DNA of 64,000 nucleotides, from positions 688,386 through 752,385 of the forward strand of contig RHPI01000193.1 in assembly GCA_009103225.1 (NCBI GenBank). The letters are read 5' to 3'. Position 1 is the stretch's first letter. Every line of letters starts with the position of its first letter. Origin of the DNA: Chlorokybus atmophyticus. Lineage: Eukaryota > Plantae > Mesostigma and Chlorokybus algae. The position numbers and the translations under genes are program-made. The notes under the pieces were generated by a model. It saw nothing but the letters and a program-made list of their open reading frames with translations, was not told the DNA's origin and did not search any database. Below are positions 1-11,646 of this stretch, in pieces.

Positions 1-57
1 TGCACACCCACGCACACCCATGTGCACGCGCGCTGTGAGACAGCGACTACTACTCAC

Positions 58-1141
58 ATCGCTCTTCAATCCATCCAGCACTTTATCCCTCATCGTCCTC
101 TCCGCCTCCATGGTCTTGCTGAGGTTGATATCCGTACGGAGATTGATATCCGCCTCATCCTCCCCTCCATGCGTCCTATACTTGAATCCCACATCGTTCT
201 CGCGGAGCCAACGCTCGCGCTCGGCTGCGAGCTGAAGCACCCGCGCCAGCTTGAGCAAGTCGTGGTTGTTGTTGTTGTTGTTGTTGTTGATGCTGGGTGA
301 GGTGGAGGACGGGAGGGAGGAGGGGAGGTGAGAGGGGAGGAGGGAGCGGGTGAGGGCGTCGAGGGAGGCGAGGGAGCGGGGGGTCGGGGACTGTGTGGGT
401 GGGAGGGAGAGAGTGAGTGAGTGGGGTAAGAGTGCGCGCGTGCATGCAAGCGTGAATGTAAGTGTGTCTGCGCATGTGTATATGAGAGCGACTAACGCTG
501 ATAACTTTGTATACAAACTCACAGGCGTGCGCGCATGCGGGGGCATGTTTGATCACACTTGACGAGCGCATATAATTCCGCATAACTGCATACCGTCATC
601 TTCAATGCATGTGTTTGTGTGTGCCAGTGGAATGCATGCGTGACGACGTGCGATCAAGTGACACTCATGATTGTCATACCACCCAATCGACACCACAGCA
701 ACCTTATGGATGTGAGTGATTGAGCGGGTGCTCCATCTCATCTCAATGCACACGTGTTTGTATAGGCACTTTATCCCGTTTGCTAGATGGCATGCTTAAG
801 CGAGCTGTGTCGAAAAGCTCTAATGTGCACATGATGTGCGTGAAGTGCTGTGCTGTGCTCACAAAATGATGGTTGGCATGATATGTAACTTGTTGGGTTG
901 CCGACACTTGATCTGACACTGATTTGCACGATATTTCGAATCACACACACTACGTTCACCATCACGCACGCATGTGAACACACACAATTCATCTCACCTC
1001 CTGCAGGGCGTCCACATCCACCGCCCGCACCATTCGCCAGTCCACCCTCGCCACCTTGGGGCAGAACCTGAACCCCGTCATCGCGGTCACCGTCCCCATC
1101 CCTCCAACCCCACCGGTCTCGCCGCCCCTGTCCCTACCCAT
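58..1141 (-). CDS. 5' part of a multi-exon gene running off the left edge of the window; possible DZIP1/Iguana-like N-terminal motif
   Basis: Exon 1141-998 (ATG to GAG|gtgag, 48 codons): MGRDRGG...FRFCPKVARVDWRMVRAVDVDALQE. Exon 390-58 (cag| ... GAT|gtgagt, 111 codons, no stop): SPTPRSL...NNNN...LQLAAERERWLREND...KVLDGLKSD. Internal exons unresolved. The family call rests only on resemblance to the remembered FxF..VDWR...vDvD motif. Confidence 0.5.
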
Positions 1142-2218
1142 GACGACCACACGCACCCCACTGACTCACACCACCACCCACACCACCGCCGCGGCTGCGG
1201 CCGCCGCCAGGCCGCCAGGCGTTTTCTATATTTAGCGCACGCACGTGCTGCATCGGTACGGTACCAGCACAGGTGCGCCGGGTTCGGTACTCGTACTGCT
1301 CTCAACCTGGGACCCCAAGTTGGGGTCCCACCCCTACTGCTGGTAATAATAATTCATGAGTCATGAGTCATGTATCCTGCGCGGTATTCATGACTGGTAT
1401 GACTGTAACAAGCATCATGAATGTTACCGTTTTGTTGCCGCGTATCGTGCGCGCCGGATGTAGCGCGCTGACGCATCTCCCCTCTACCGCGTCGATAAAT
1501 ACGGATATATATACGGAAATCGTCAAACCCGCGGCTGTCATGATTCAACAGGAGAGTGTGCGTAACACCCTACCAACGTTAGAAACAACCTTTGTTGGGG
1601 TCAGTCCCATGTGCTGTTCCCCAAGTTTGGGGACCCGATCTGGACACGTGGTGGGCTCCGCCATTATACTCTGCCTGTTGTTGTGTTGTGGGCTAGGCTG
1701 CTATCATGCCTATCAGATCAGTGCAGCAAGCGTGTGTGTGACTTAGCTTGTCAGCGAGCTCCTGTTATTTACACTTCTCGCTGCTTGCTGTAGCACTGTA
1801 GTTGTGTGACCTTTTCTCTTGTGGTTTGGTGTGTTGTGTGTGCTTGCGCCTGTGTGATTGTGTGCGGGTGCGTGATACTAGTTGGTGTATCTGCGAGAGG
1901 GGCGACTGAAGCGAAGCCAAGGGGAGGAACATTAGCGGCTGTGTGCATGCGTGCATGCAACTAGCTTGTTTGGGCCAAGCAAAGGAAGGCAAGTTAAGGA
2001 GGAGCAGGGAGGACCTGTGGAGCGTGGTGTTGTTGTTCTGGGTTTGACTTGGACTTGCCCTGAGAACTGGTAAGTGACAGTTTCACAACAGTTGTCTCCC
2101 ACTTCATCATCATCTCAACAACACACATCCACCCATCCACACCCAAGCCCACCCATCCACCCCACCCACACCCTTCGACATGTGCAGAGAGTCACACATA
2201 ACCGCGCAATCCAACACA

Positions 2219-5091
2219 ATGAAGAAGGAGTCCTTCTTCCGTCTCAAGTACTGGCCTCGTCTAGGCTCCCTGCGCGACCTCACGGGACCCAACAAGATCC
2301 GGACCATCTTGTCCGAGTTCATCTGCACGCTCATACTGGGTAAGAGATACGTAAGGGAGTATATATGTGTGTTTACGTGTGTACATGTGCTCATGCATGT
2401 GTGCGCAATTGTGCAGATGTGAGTTTATGCAAACGCGCACGCGCACCCAGACGCACATACACACGCGTGTGACACCGATACACATGCTGTCTACATGTCA
2501 CACACAGCATGTCTGCATGCGCGTGGGTATGCACACATTTCGTGTTGTGTTTTTTACTTGCAAAGTAGTCCTGACTCACCCTTTCTTCATCAGTCTTCTT
2601 CGGTACGGGTGCTGTTGTTGCCACGGGTCTCCCCGAGTTCCATGGCAACGGCGCTGGTTCGGGCGCATTGCCTGCCGTGATCGATCCCGCGCGCACCGTT
2701 GCCATCGCTCTCGCTTTCGGCCTGGTGAGTGTATGTTGGGGTGTTTAATACAGCGTGTTGGCTTGTTGTGTCGGCACAACAACCCAACATTTTTCGTTAT
2801 AGTTGTACACTGCCACACACCACAGCTTGCGCTGCATGCGGCACACTTACAAGCATACATTGGCAGGTGCTCGTGTGTTTGGTTGCCATGACTTCGAGTG
2901 TGTCGGGAGGATGCCACGCCAACCCTTCTGTCACCCTAGCATTCTTGATATTAGGTAGTGTGCACAATTGATTGCAGTTGAACTGTGACTTGCTAGCTCA
3001 ACCAATGACTCAACATGTGGGTGCAGGGTACATGCCGGTGTTGCAGGCGATAGGCTACGTGCTCGCGCAGCTTGGTGGTGCCTTGTGTGCGTCGCTGTTG
3101 CTTAAAGCGTCCACACGTTCAGAGGTGCACATGCTTGGTTACATGCGTGTGTGCATCTGTCTGTACGTACATATGGGCATGTGTGGCTGGCCTCATGCGT
3201 GTCTGCGTATGAACACGCGTACATCCAAGGCATGTGGGTCTTTGTACATGCACAAGTGCATATGCATGTGCGTACAGGATATGCTGCCAGTAGTTGTAGA
3301 CACGCATGACATCACTCACAGCATGCCAAACAGCATGCAAGCACCTCCCCGTCAAACATGCATACATGCGTATGTGTGTACCTCGCGCCTCTGTTGGCAC
3401 GTTCAAGTGCAAATGGAACTTGTGTGAACATGCGATATGCGGTATGCTTACATATGTTGGCATGTATGTGCCTTTGCATTTGATTACTTTGTCTGCGCCC
3501 TTGCACATTTTTGTGTGCCTGTGTGCATATGTGTGTTGCATTCAGCTTGTGCCACTTCTGCCGAGTGAAACGTTCGAACATTGCCCTGTCTCACTCATCT
3601 CCTTCCTCCTTTCAGTGGCGGCAATCCCTTGGCGCTAACAGCGTCCACGCGGGACTGAGCGCCTGGAACGCGTTCGAGGTTGAAGCCATCGTCACGTTCT
3701 TCTTCGTGCTTGGTAAGATACAAAGTTGTGGTTATTGGTGTGATGCTGTCTATAATTGCAAATTGGGGATGAGTGCATCAGAGCCATATGCACAGACACG
3801 CACGCACGCACGCACGCACACACAAGCATACACCCTGATGCATACGCACTCTCACGCTCACACTCGCATTTCATTCACACGCACACTCCTGCACTGTCAC
3901 GAACACGTTCTCACACTCTTGCACTTCCACTCCCTCAGTTTTCTCAGTGTCAAACAATCTCCCCCACACCAACACCCACACCCTCACTCACTCACTCACT
4001 CACTGACCCCTTCTCCCCTCTGATCCGCAGTCATTCTTGGCACGGCCTGCGCCCCGACGGACCGCAACCAGCGCGCTCTCGCCCCCGTCCCGATCGGCTT
4101 CGCGCTCGCGGTTGGAAATCTTGTGCTGATTGCCTTCGATGGGGCGAGCATCAACCCCGCACGCAGCTTCGGGCCGGCGGTGGTGGCGGACAAATGGTCG
4201 AATCACTGGGTGAGTGTGTGTGTGTGTGTATGTGGATGTGCGTACGCACATGTGTGGGTGTGCATGTGTACACTCTGAGATCCTGCTGATTTGGTAATTC
4301 GTGGAGGAGCCAGGCGCTTATGCACATGCGTGTGTTGGCATGCCATGGGCAGTGCACTGTCCGTGCTTGCGTGCGTGTACGCCTGTGCACATGTATTTGA
4401 GTGTGCGTGTGTGTGGGTGTATAATACAGTATGCAAGGATGCAAGGATTGTGTTTGTATGTCCGCGTGCATGCACAAGTGTACATCAAATGCAGGACATG
4501 CATGTGTGTATGATACAGATAATCACTTTATTGGAGCAGCGTCGCGCACATTCCAATTCATTCATCGACACTAGCTCAATTATGATTACATGGCTTCACT
4601 TGAGCAACACTTTACAGTCACTGACCAACCTCTTGTTGCCCTGACAGGTGTTTTGGGCTGGGCCGTTGTTGGGTTCGTGCTTGGCGTCGCTCGTGCACGC
4701 GTTCGTGATGACTCCCTCGCACGCGAAAGGCACCCTCAACATGGACTCTGCATCGGTGAGTCAGCAATACACTCTGTGTTTGGTGCACAATCACACGACC
4801 TTCGCGCGTCCACATCTCTGTGGTTGTGCATACACATGCGCACGCACGCACGCACGTGCAGGTTACTTACATGCTGTCTGTTCTTTGTCACAGGCACCTC
4901 CGGTAACGGATGAAAAGAGGCAATCCGTTGAAGAGGGTAGACCCAACAACAACAACACCACCACCAACAACAACAATATCTACGCTGTTGGAGCTTACAC
5001 AGCTGAAGGGCTGCATCGACCTCCCGCAGGACCGCCTCCGCGCAAAGGTGGCTTGCTTGGACACACTGTTGGGACGGACATCAACGTGTAG
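2219..5091 (+). CDS. Aquaporin / major intrinsic protein, copy 1 (8 coding exons, apparently intact; NPS-NPA)
   Basis: Spliced product MKKESFFRLKYWPRLGSLRDLTGPNKIRTILSEFICTLIL..IALAFGL..SGGCHANPSVT..YVLAQLGGALCASLLL..LGANAVH..AFEVEAIVTFFFV..IGFALAVGNLVLIAFDGASINPARSFGPAV..HWVFWAGPLLG..GTDINV*. All donors and acceptors are GT-AG. A putative 5'UTR intron donor lies at 2070. Confidence 0.92.
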
Positions 5092-5545
5092 ATGATGTGT
5101 TGGCATTCGCGGGTATGCATGTGTAAATAGTGTGCATACATATGTTGGCGTGCAGGCGGGAGCAGTTGCTTGTTGTAGTTAGTGCAGGTCTTTACAGGCA
5201 TTGCACGCAAGGCAGTTGTCTTCATGTTGTAAAGTGCATAGGCGAAACAAGCAGACTATAGTTGCTTTGTAGAGAACTTTGTAGACAAATTGTCGTCATT
5301 TACTCTGTTGGTGCGCATTTTGTTACTGTGTAAGATGTTGTATGCTGTTGCTACAGCATCCTGTACCTAAGGTGTAATTATGCAAGCTGAAACCAGTAAG
5401 CATTTTCAATACATATCACAACACTACGTCAGCTTCATGCAGAACAAACCTCTCGCAAACAATACATCGCGTGCGCACAAACCCCAATCAACATAGTGAA
5501 CTAAATTAGTTCACTAGTTCAGTTGCGAACATGAACTAAAATAGT

Positions 5546-7353
5546 CATACCTCTTTGGTAGGAACCAGGGTTATGCTAGTGTAAGAGGAGCATCCAGTAG
5601 CCTTTGAGAGTTTCAAGTATAAGCCCGCGGCGAAGAATTACTCGACCACCTATCACGAATTATCAGGTGTTGTGAAAGCGTTGCATAGATGGAGGTATTA
5701 CTTAGAGGGGAGGCATTTTAAGGTGATAACTGATCACAACCCCTTAGTGCACCTAAATACGCAACCTAATTTGTAGCGACGCCAAGTAAGGTGGCATGAG
5801 TATTTGATGCGATATGATTTTGATTGGGAATATAGGCCAGGTAGGAAAAAGGCGGCAGATCCTTTAAGTAGGCATCCCGCATTATCCGAGGATTTGGCGT
5901 TACTTGCATTGGATTATGTGAGTGACATTCCTAACCAAATAATCGCAAGTTATACTAATTGCCCGGAGTTCCTTTTGGAATTCAACCAAGTGTTAAAACC
6001 ACATGGGGCATTTTGGTATAAAGATGAAGAAAAGATTGCGGTTCCAATGAATGGGTCACCTAGGTCAAAGGTGATTGAAGAATCACATAATCCCCCTTAC
6101 CATGGCCATTTTGGTATAAGGAAAACTACCGAGCTTTTGGCTAGGAGGTATTGGTGGCCGACCTTAAGAATTGATGTCGAAAGCTTTGTAAAGAATTGTG
6201 ACTCATGCCAAAGGAATAAATCCGTAAGGATAAAACCGGCCGGAAAATTACAACCTTTGCCCATACCAGAGGGGGCTTAGAAGTCTATGTCTGTTGACTT
6301 CATAGTCCAATTACCTAAAACGGTAAAAGGGAATAACGAAATGGTTGTATTTGTAGACCGGTTTAGTAAGGTTGTTCACTTAGAACCAACTCCTCCAAAA
6401 TTTACGGGCGAGGATTTGCCCATGCCTTTTTCAGGATATGGTACTCACAACATGGGATGCCCGTGGATATGATTTCGGATAGGGATTCGCGGTTCACTTC
6501 CGCCTTTTGGCGTGAAGTATGTGATACATTAAATTGAGATAATAAGTTATCCACCGCGTTTCATCCTCAACCAGATGGGCAAACCGAGCATGTGAATCAG
6601 ACAGTGGAACAACTATTGAGGCATTACTCACTAAAGAATATTAGAGATTGGGATACATATCTCCCTTTCGTTGAGTATGCCATCAATGATTCGGTGAATG
6701 AGTCAACGGGGATGACACCATTTGATATTGGTTATGGCCGCCATTTATTAAGTCCAGTTGAGGCTTTAATGGAGAATATGGGGGCTAGAAAAAGAGTCAA
6801 CCCCTCGACTCAAATTTTGGCTCAACGATTAGGGCAGGTGCAAAATGAGGCCAAGAGGGCCTTATTAGCAACCCAAAATCGTATGCGTCAATATGCCGAT
6901 GCCAAGAGGGCAGAGGCCGTGTTTGAAGTGGGACAAGAAGTCCTACTTAGCACAAAGAATGTGAGGATGGAGTTTCTCGATGGGGCCCGAAAACTATTAC
7001 CCCGATGGCTTGGACCATTTAAGGTAATAGAAAAGATAGGGGCTATGGCATTCAAGTTAGAATTGCCACCGAGTCTTAAGATACATAATGTATTTCATGC
7101 CTCGCTATTGAGAACCTATCACTCAGATGGGTCGGTGCAGCCACCACCACCCCCAATGTTTATAGAAGGAGATTGGGAGTATGAAGTTGAGGGTATAATA
7201 ACCCACAAAGGCCGGAAAGGCAGATCTCCCAGTTACTTTGTGAAATGGAAGGGTCATCCGTTCGAAGCATGTGAATGGGTTGACGAACCTAACATGCGAT
7301 CACCGCTTCTGATAAAGAAATATTGGAGGGAGCTAACGGTTGCCCAAAGATGA
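5546..7353 (+). mobile_element. 5'-truncated, decayed Ty3/gypsy (chromovirus) pol: RNase H, integrase, chromodomain
   Basis: RNase H HPVAFES..NYSTTYHELSGVVKALHRWRYYLEG..VITDHNPL; integrase zinc finger SHNPPYHGHFG..CDSCQR; core SMSVDFIVQLP..FVDRFSK..HPQPDGQTE; GPF(K) motif; chromodomain EYEVEGII..YFVKWKGHP..EW. Several in-frame stops and frameshifts. Confidence 0.93.
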
Positions 7354-7499
7354 AGTCCAGGTAGGTCCATTTCTGAAAATATATATTTTCCGCCTTTAGA
7401 AGTAGTTCCACGTTTTGACCTATCAAGTCACTGATCATGGCTTGTTTTCCTAGGTTGGAAAGCGTGGAGAAAGAAATTGAGCAGAGACGCTCAATAACT

Positions 7500-7659
7500 A
7501 AAGGGGGGGCATTGTTACGGCCTAGCTACTACAGCTGGTCATGTACAGTGTATATATAAGTTTAATTAGCGAGAGACAAAAGTTTAATGAACCTTGGTTG
7601 GATTATCTTGGTTTGTTATACAAGCTTTGAATGCGTGTGTTTGTGTTTGAGCTTTAACA
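7500..7659 (+). mobile_element. Polypurine tract and short 3' LTR (7513-7659, 147 bp) of the gypsy element
   Basis: PPT aagggggggc is followed by TGTTA...TAACA inverted termini, with an internal TATATATAA. No 5' LTR is seen in the window. Confidence 0.75.
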
Positions 7660-8006
7660 CGAATGCAATGCATCGCTAATTATAGGCCTGGCTAGTTAGA
7701 GCATTTGCATGCATCTAATTAGAAGTGGTTGACTAGGAATTACCCTATTCATGAATGTATGGGCGTCTTGAGTAGGAAGATAAAAGCACATGGCTTTAGT
7801 ATAATGATTTATTAACGCGCTGTGGGCTTATGGGGCCAATCGCGTGAAACATCATAGGAAAAAGCATGTGTAATTATAAGGTTCATTTAGGCCAATCCAA
7901 GGCGGCTTATTTGGATCAGATGAATAGAACGAAGTAGCCTACCTAGGGTGAACAAAAAGGACTTCGCGAAATGAGTTCGCGAAGGGGTTGATTCACCTGC
8001 GAAGTG

Positions 8007-8335
8007 AATCAACATAGTGAACTAAATTAGTTCACTAGTTCAGTTGCGAACATGAACTAAAATAGTTCACTGAATCAATTACGAACATGAACTAAACTAG
8101 TTCACTAGGGGTTCGTAAGTGAACTAAAATAGTTCACTGATTCAGTTACGAACATGAACTAAAATAGTTCACTAGGGGTTCGTAAATGGACTAAGAGAAT
8201 CACCCTAATATGAGGGGACTAATAGTTGGGAGAGCCAAAAGTGAATCACTGGTGAACTAAAGTAGTTCACTAGTAAAGTGATTCATAAAGCCGACAAGGT
8301 AGTGAACTAAAGTTGATTCACTAGTGAATCAACTA
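8007..8335. repeat. Array of 17-bp palindromes TGAACTA-AAN-TAGTTCA, about 35-bp period
   Basis: Motif starts at 8018, 8053, 8088, 8120, 8155 and 8253. Positions 8007-8066 are identical to 5486-5545. Confidence 0.88.
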
Positions 8336-8840
8336 TTAGATCACTTCGCGAGTCCTGCTGGTCAATTGCATGTGGTGCCGAACAAAGACCCGAGCTGACT
8401 GTGTGCGACCGTGTGGACGCAGGTGATTTGACAACATGCATGCTTGTATGGCTAACGGGGGCGGGTAGTAGTGTAGAAGATGTAGTGGCTAGCCCGGTGG
8501 TCAAGTTGAATAAAGGTTAGTTGCGGATGCACTTGCATGCGTTATGCATGACACCCTATGCATGCGGACTACCTAGCATACTATCTCTTGTACACATCGT
8601 GGCCTTCAGTTGTGGTTATGTGTGGGGTGGGGTTTGGGGAATGGTTGAGAATGTGGGTGTATTAGTATGTATGGACGTGACATGTGCAATGCTTGCAATA
8701 TATGCCACCCGCAGCCACTACTTTGGCAAACAGGTGGCGATTGGTGTACATGCCATGTGCGCTTCTGAGAGGATTGTGTGCATACAGAGTAGAACGGATT
8801 GCGTGTGTATACATATCTGTTTATGGTCATATAAACGTAT

Positions 8841-9784
8841 CGGATACGATGCAGTTTACAATGGATAGATCTGTGGCATGTACTGTTGCATCAACTTGAA
8901 AGGTTTGATTGCCCTGGACCCTGACGTTCAATGTGTAACATATATGCAATGTTATGCATGTGACCCCATTGTGTTGTTTGCTGAATGACTTGGCTGTTTC
9001 GTGAGCATGCAAGTTAGCCTTTGGTTAGGAAACAGACCCCAATGAGGTAAAACAGCCAACAACCTGTGAAATTGACACATCAGCTCTGGCGTAACTCATG
9101 ATCAGCAGGTTTTCATCATTGCAGATTGCAAAACCGCCCCGTCGCATTGCTCCGCGTAAGAAGAACGGTATGCTGAGTACGCAGTCTGCGTAACTGCCGA
9201 ACAACTGCTTAGCCTCATGGAGAACTGATGCGGTCATTGAGGGTTGTGTAAACAGTACTTGTGAGCTCACCTGATGAACTTGTAACTGAGTTAGACACGC
9301 ATACATCGCCGGCGTTGAACGGCGCAGTTGTGTTCGCCCAGCTCTGACAATGTGAGTGCGTGTGTAAGCGCGCATGCATCTGTGTGCATGCGTGCGTGCG
9401 TGCGCACACGTACATGTCCGTGCTTATGTCTGTGCTCATTGCAACGAGCACTTGTCTGTGTACACCTGCACGCGCATGCACATGTGTGTGTGCGTGCGCA
9501 TGTGCGTCTGCGTGGCTGACAACCATTCCCTCCCATAACAAGTTGAAGCAAGGACTTTGCACCACGCGCCATCAACACATCTGGTACTGCTCGTGGTCTG
9601 GTTCTGGGTTCATGACTGCGGAGGGAGGTGCCTAGCCAGCGTCATCCGGCCTCGGGCCGGTAGAGGTCGGCAACCTCTACCACCCAAGCAGCCGCGCCGG
9701 CAGGGTGCAGCAGGAGAAGCAAGCTCACCGCTGTCGTTGTGAGCACAGCACTGCTGCAGCTGCTTGATGGAGACGCTGCTTCAT
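8841..9784 (-). pseudogene. Phytocyanin pseudogene (paralog of 16032-17351)
   Basis: Recognisable exons: LTTTAVSLLLLLHPAGAAA (2-nt insertion after ATG, stop), SWANTTAPFNAGD, HTVLLTRSNATGRFCNLQ*, VQGNQTFQVDATVHATDLSIVNCIVS (1 nt shorter than its paralog exon). Donors read AT instead of GT at about 9580, 9099 and 8840. The last exon was not found. Confidence 0.8.
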
Positions 9785-11646
9785 GGCTGCGGAGAAGGTC
9801 GCAACAAGCAATGAGACAGAGAGACTGCGCGAGCAGTGTGTGCGTTATGCCTGCACAAATATGCATGCATGTGCAGAGGGAGGCCAAGTGTAGATGTCAT
9901 GACTGGTCTGACACGATTGCTGAGCTGGTGTAGGCCTTAACCCAGCGCAAGCCAGAGTGATAGCCTGTTCACTGTTACGGTCTGTCGCTTGGCTCGGACT
10001 GTGTCGGACACAAAGCGTATGCTTGTTGACTACTTGCATTGCGCTTGCAAATGCACAAGGAGCCAAGTACACATCGAGTGGTCGACTTGACTGCACGTAA
10101 GCAACCTTGCTTGCAATCTCAACACACAAACAGCGTCGTTTTTGTGTTGCAGTGCACTGCCTGCACAAGAAGCAAACAAGAAACCAAGCGTCAACCATGC
10201 TTGCGACCTGGAAACCACACGCATGCATGCGCTTCTCAGCAGTTTTGGTCAGCGAGAACTATCCGGCACCTGCATGGCTGCAAGCTGGCACCCAACGCAA
10301 CGCAGTGCTTCGCAGACTGCCCTGACTCAAGCCACAGAGTGCACCAAGCAAGCAAGCTAGCACCTCACCTCGACCTGATCCTTCGTCTTTGCCTCCCGCA
10401 GAATCGTCACCACCTGCCGCCTAATGATTCCAAGCCAAGCTAAGCTCAGCTTAAGCTTAGCGAAAGAGCGAAGCGCAGGTCACCTAAGCTAAGGCATTAA
10501 GGCACTGAACGTATGCGTTTCAGGCAGTTGATGCTGTCATGTAGCAAGTTGACGCGCGCGCAAAGCGCATTAAAATACTGATTGCGCTTATTCATTGCGC
10601 GCGCAAAGCGCTTGCGTTAAGTGCCTTGATTGGTTTGAAACCTCCGCACAGTCACACAGTCTCTCGACTCAGCTTTGCCATAGCTGCCAGTGGCTTTGAC
10701 ATGGGTTCGCGATGGGTGAGTGGAGAGAGTGTCTCCACGCCTTGCAGGCGGTTGGTCGGCTTGATTGGTCTGAAAGCTCAACTCAGCACAGCTCGACTCA
10801 CCTCAGCAAAGTTTGCCTTTTCAAGCATAGCTGAGGCAATGCAGTGCCATACTTGCGAGTGGCTTGTAGAACATGGTTGTTCATTGGATGACTGGAGACA
10901 ATGCCCAAGTCTTGAAGGCGGCTAGTGCTCGGCTTTGCCGAAGTCGACAGAAAACAAGGAGGTTGAGGTGAGCTTAAGCTACAGCCCCTCAGCTGAGCTG
11001 GCTCAAGTTTCACATATGTTCAGCAAAGCTTTACAGAAGCATTCATGCATGCGCCTGGAAAACTGTCGCTCAAGCAGCGTTACAAGCAGTGTAGCAAGCT
11101 TGTGTAGGCAGCGCGCTTGAAAGCAAACAGCACTAATGCTAACCGTGCAAGCCATTTCGCCAGCGTTCCTTATGCGTTTGGTGCAGTTTGTTACTGCGTG
11201 CGCATAGATTCAGCGAGTGGTGTCCACAGTCTGTCGTTGTGCAGCTCTTTGCACTAGTGTAGTCTTGGTGTGTTGTATGTGTTTTGCCGGTGTGTATATC
11301 TTAGCGCATGTGTGTGATAAAATTGTGCGTATCACTGGTTCGTGTCTGGCGAGGGGTAAATGAAGCGCAAGGGAACACCAGGAGCTGTGTGGATGTGTGC
11401 ACGGGTGCATGCAACTAGCTTTGATTGAGACAAACAGAGGGAAAGCAAGCTACGCAGGTGGAAGAAGGAGGATCTAGTGGATTGGTGTTGGGCTGGGGTT
11501 TATCTTTCTCAATGAATTGCCCTGAGCTCTGGCAAGTAGTGTTCTACAGTGGTTGTTTCAACTCTTTCTTCCCACCGACAACCACACACCCATGGCCACA
11601 CACCCATGGCCGCGCCCACACTCAACCAACATTCCTTGTGCAGAGA

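Noticed and set aside
8007-8335. Regularly spaced palindromic repeats resembling a CRISPR array
   Set aside because: The inter-repeat segments are themselves repeated rather than unique spacers, no cas genes are present, and the context is eukaryotic.
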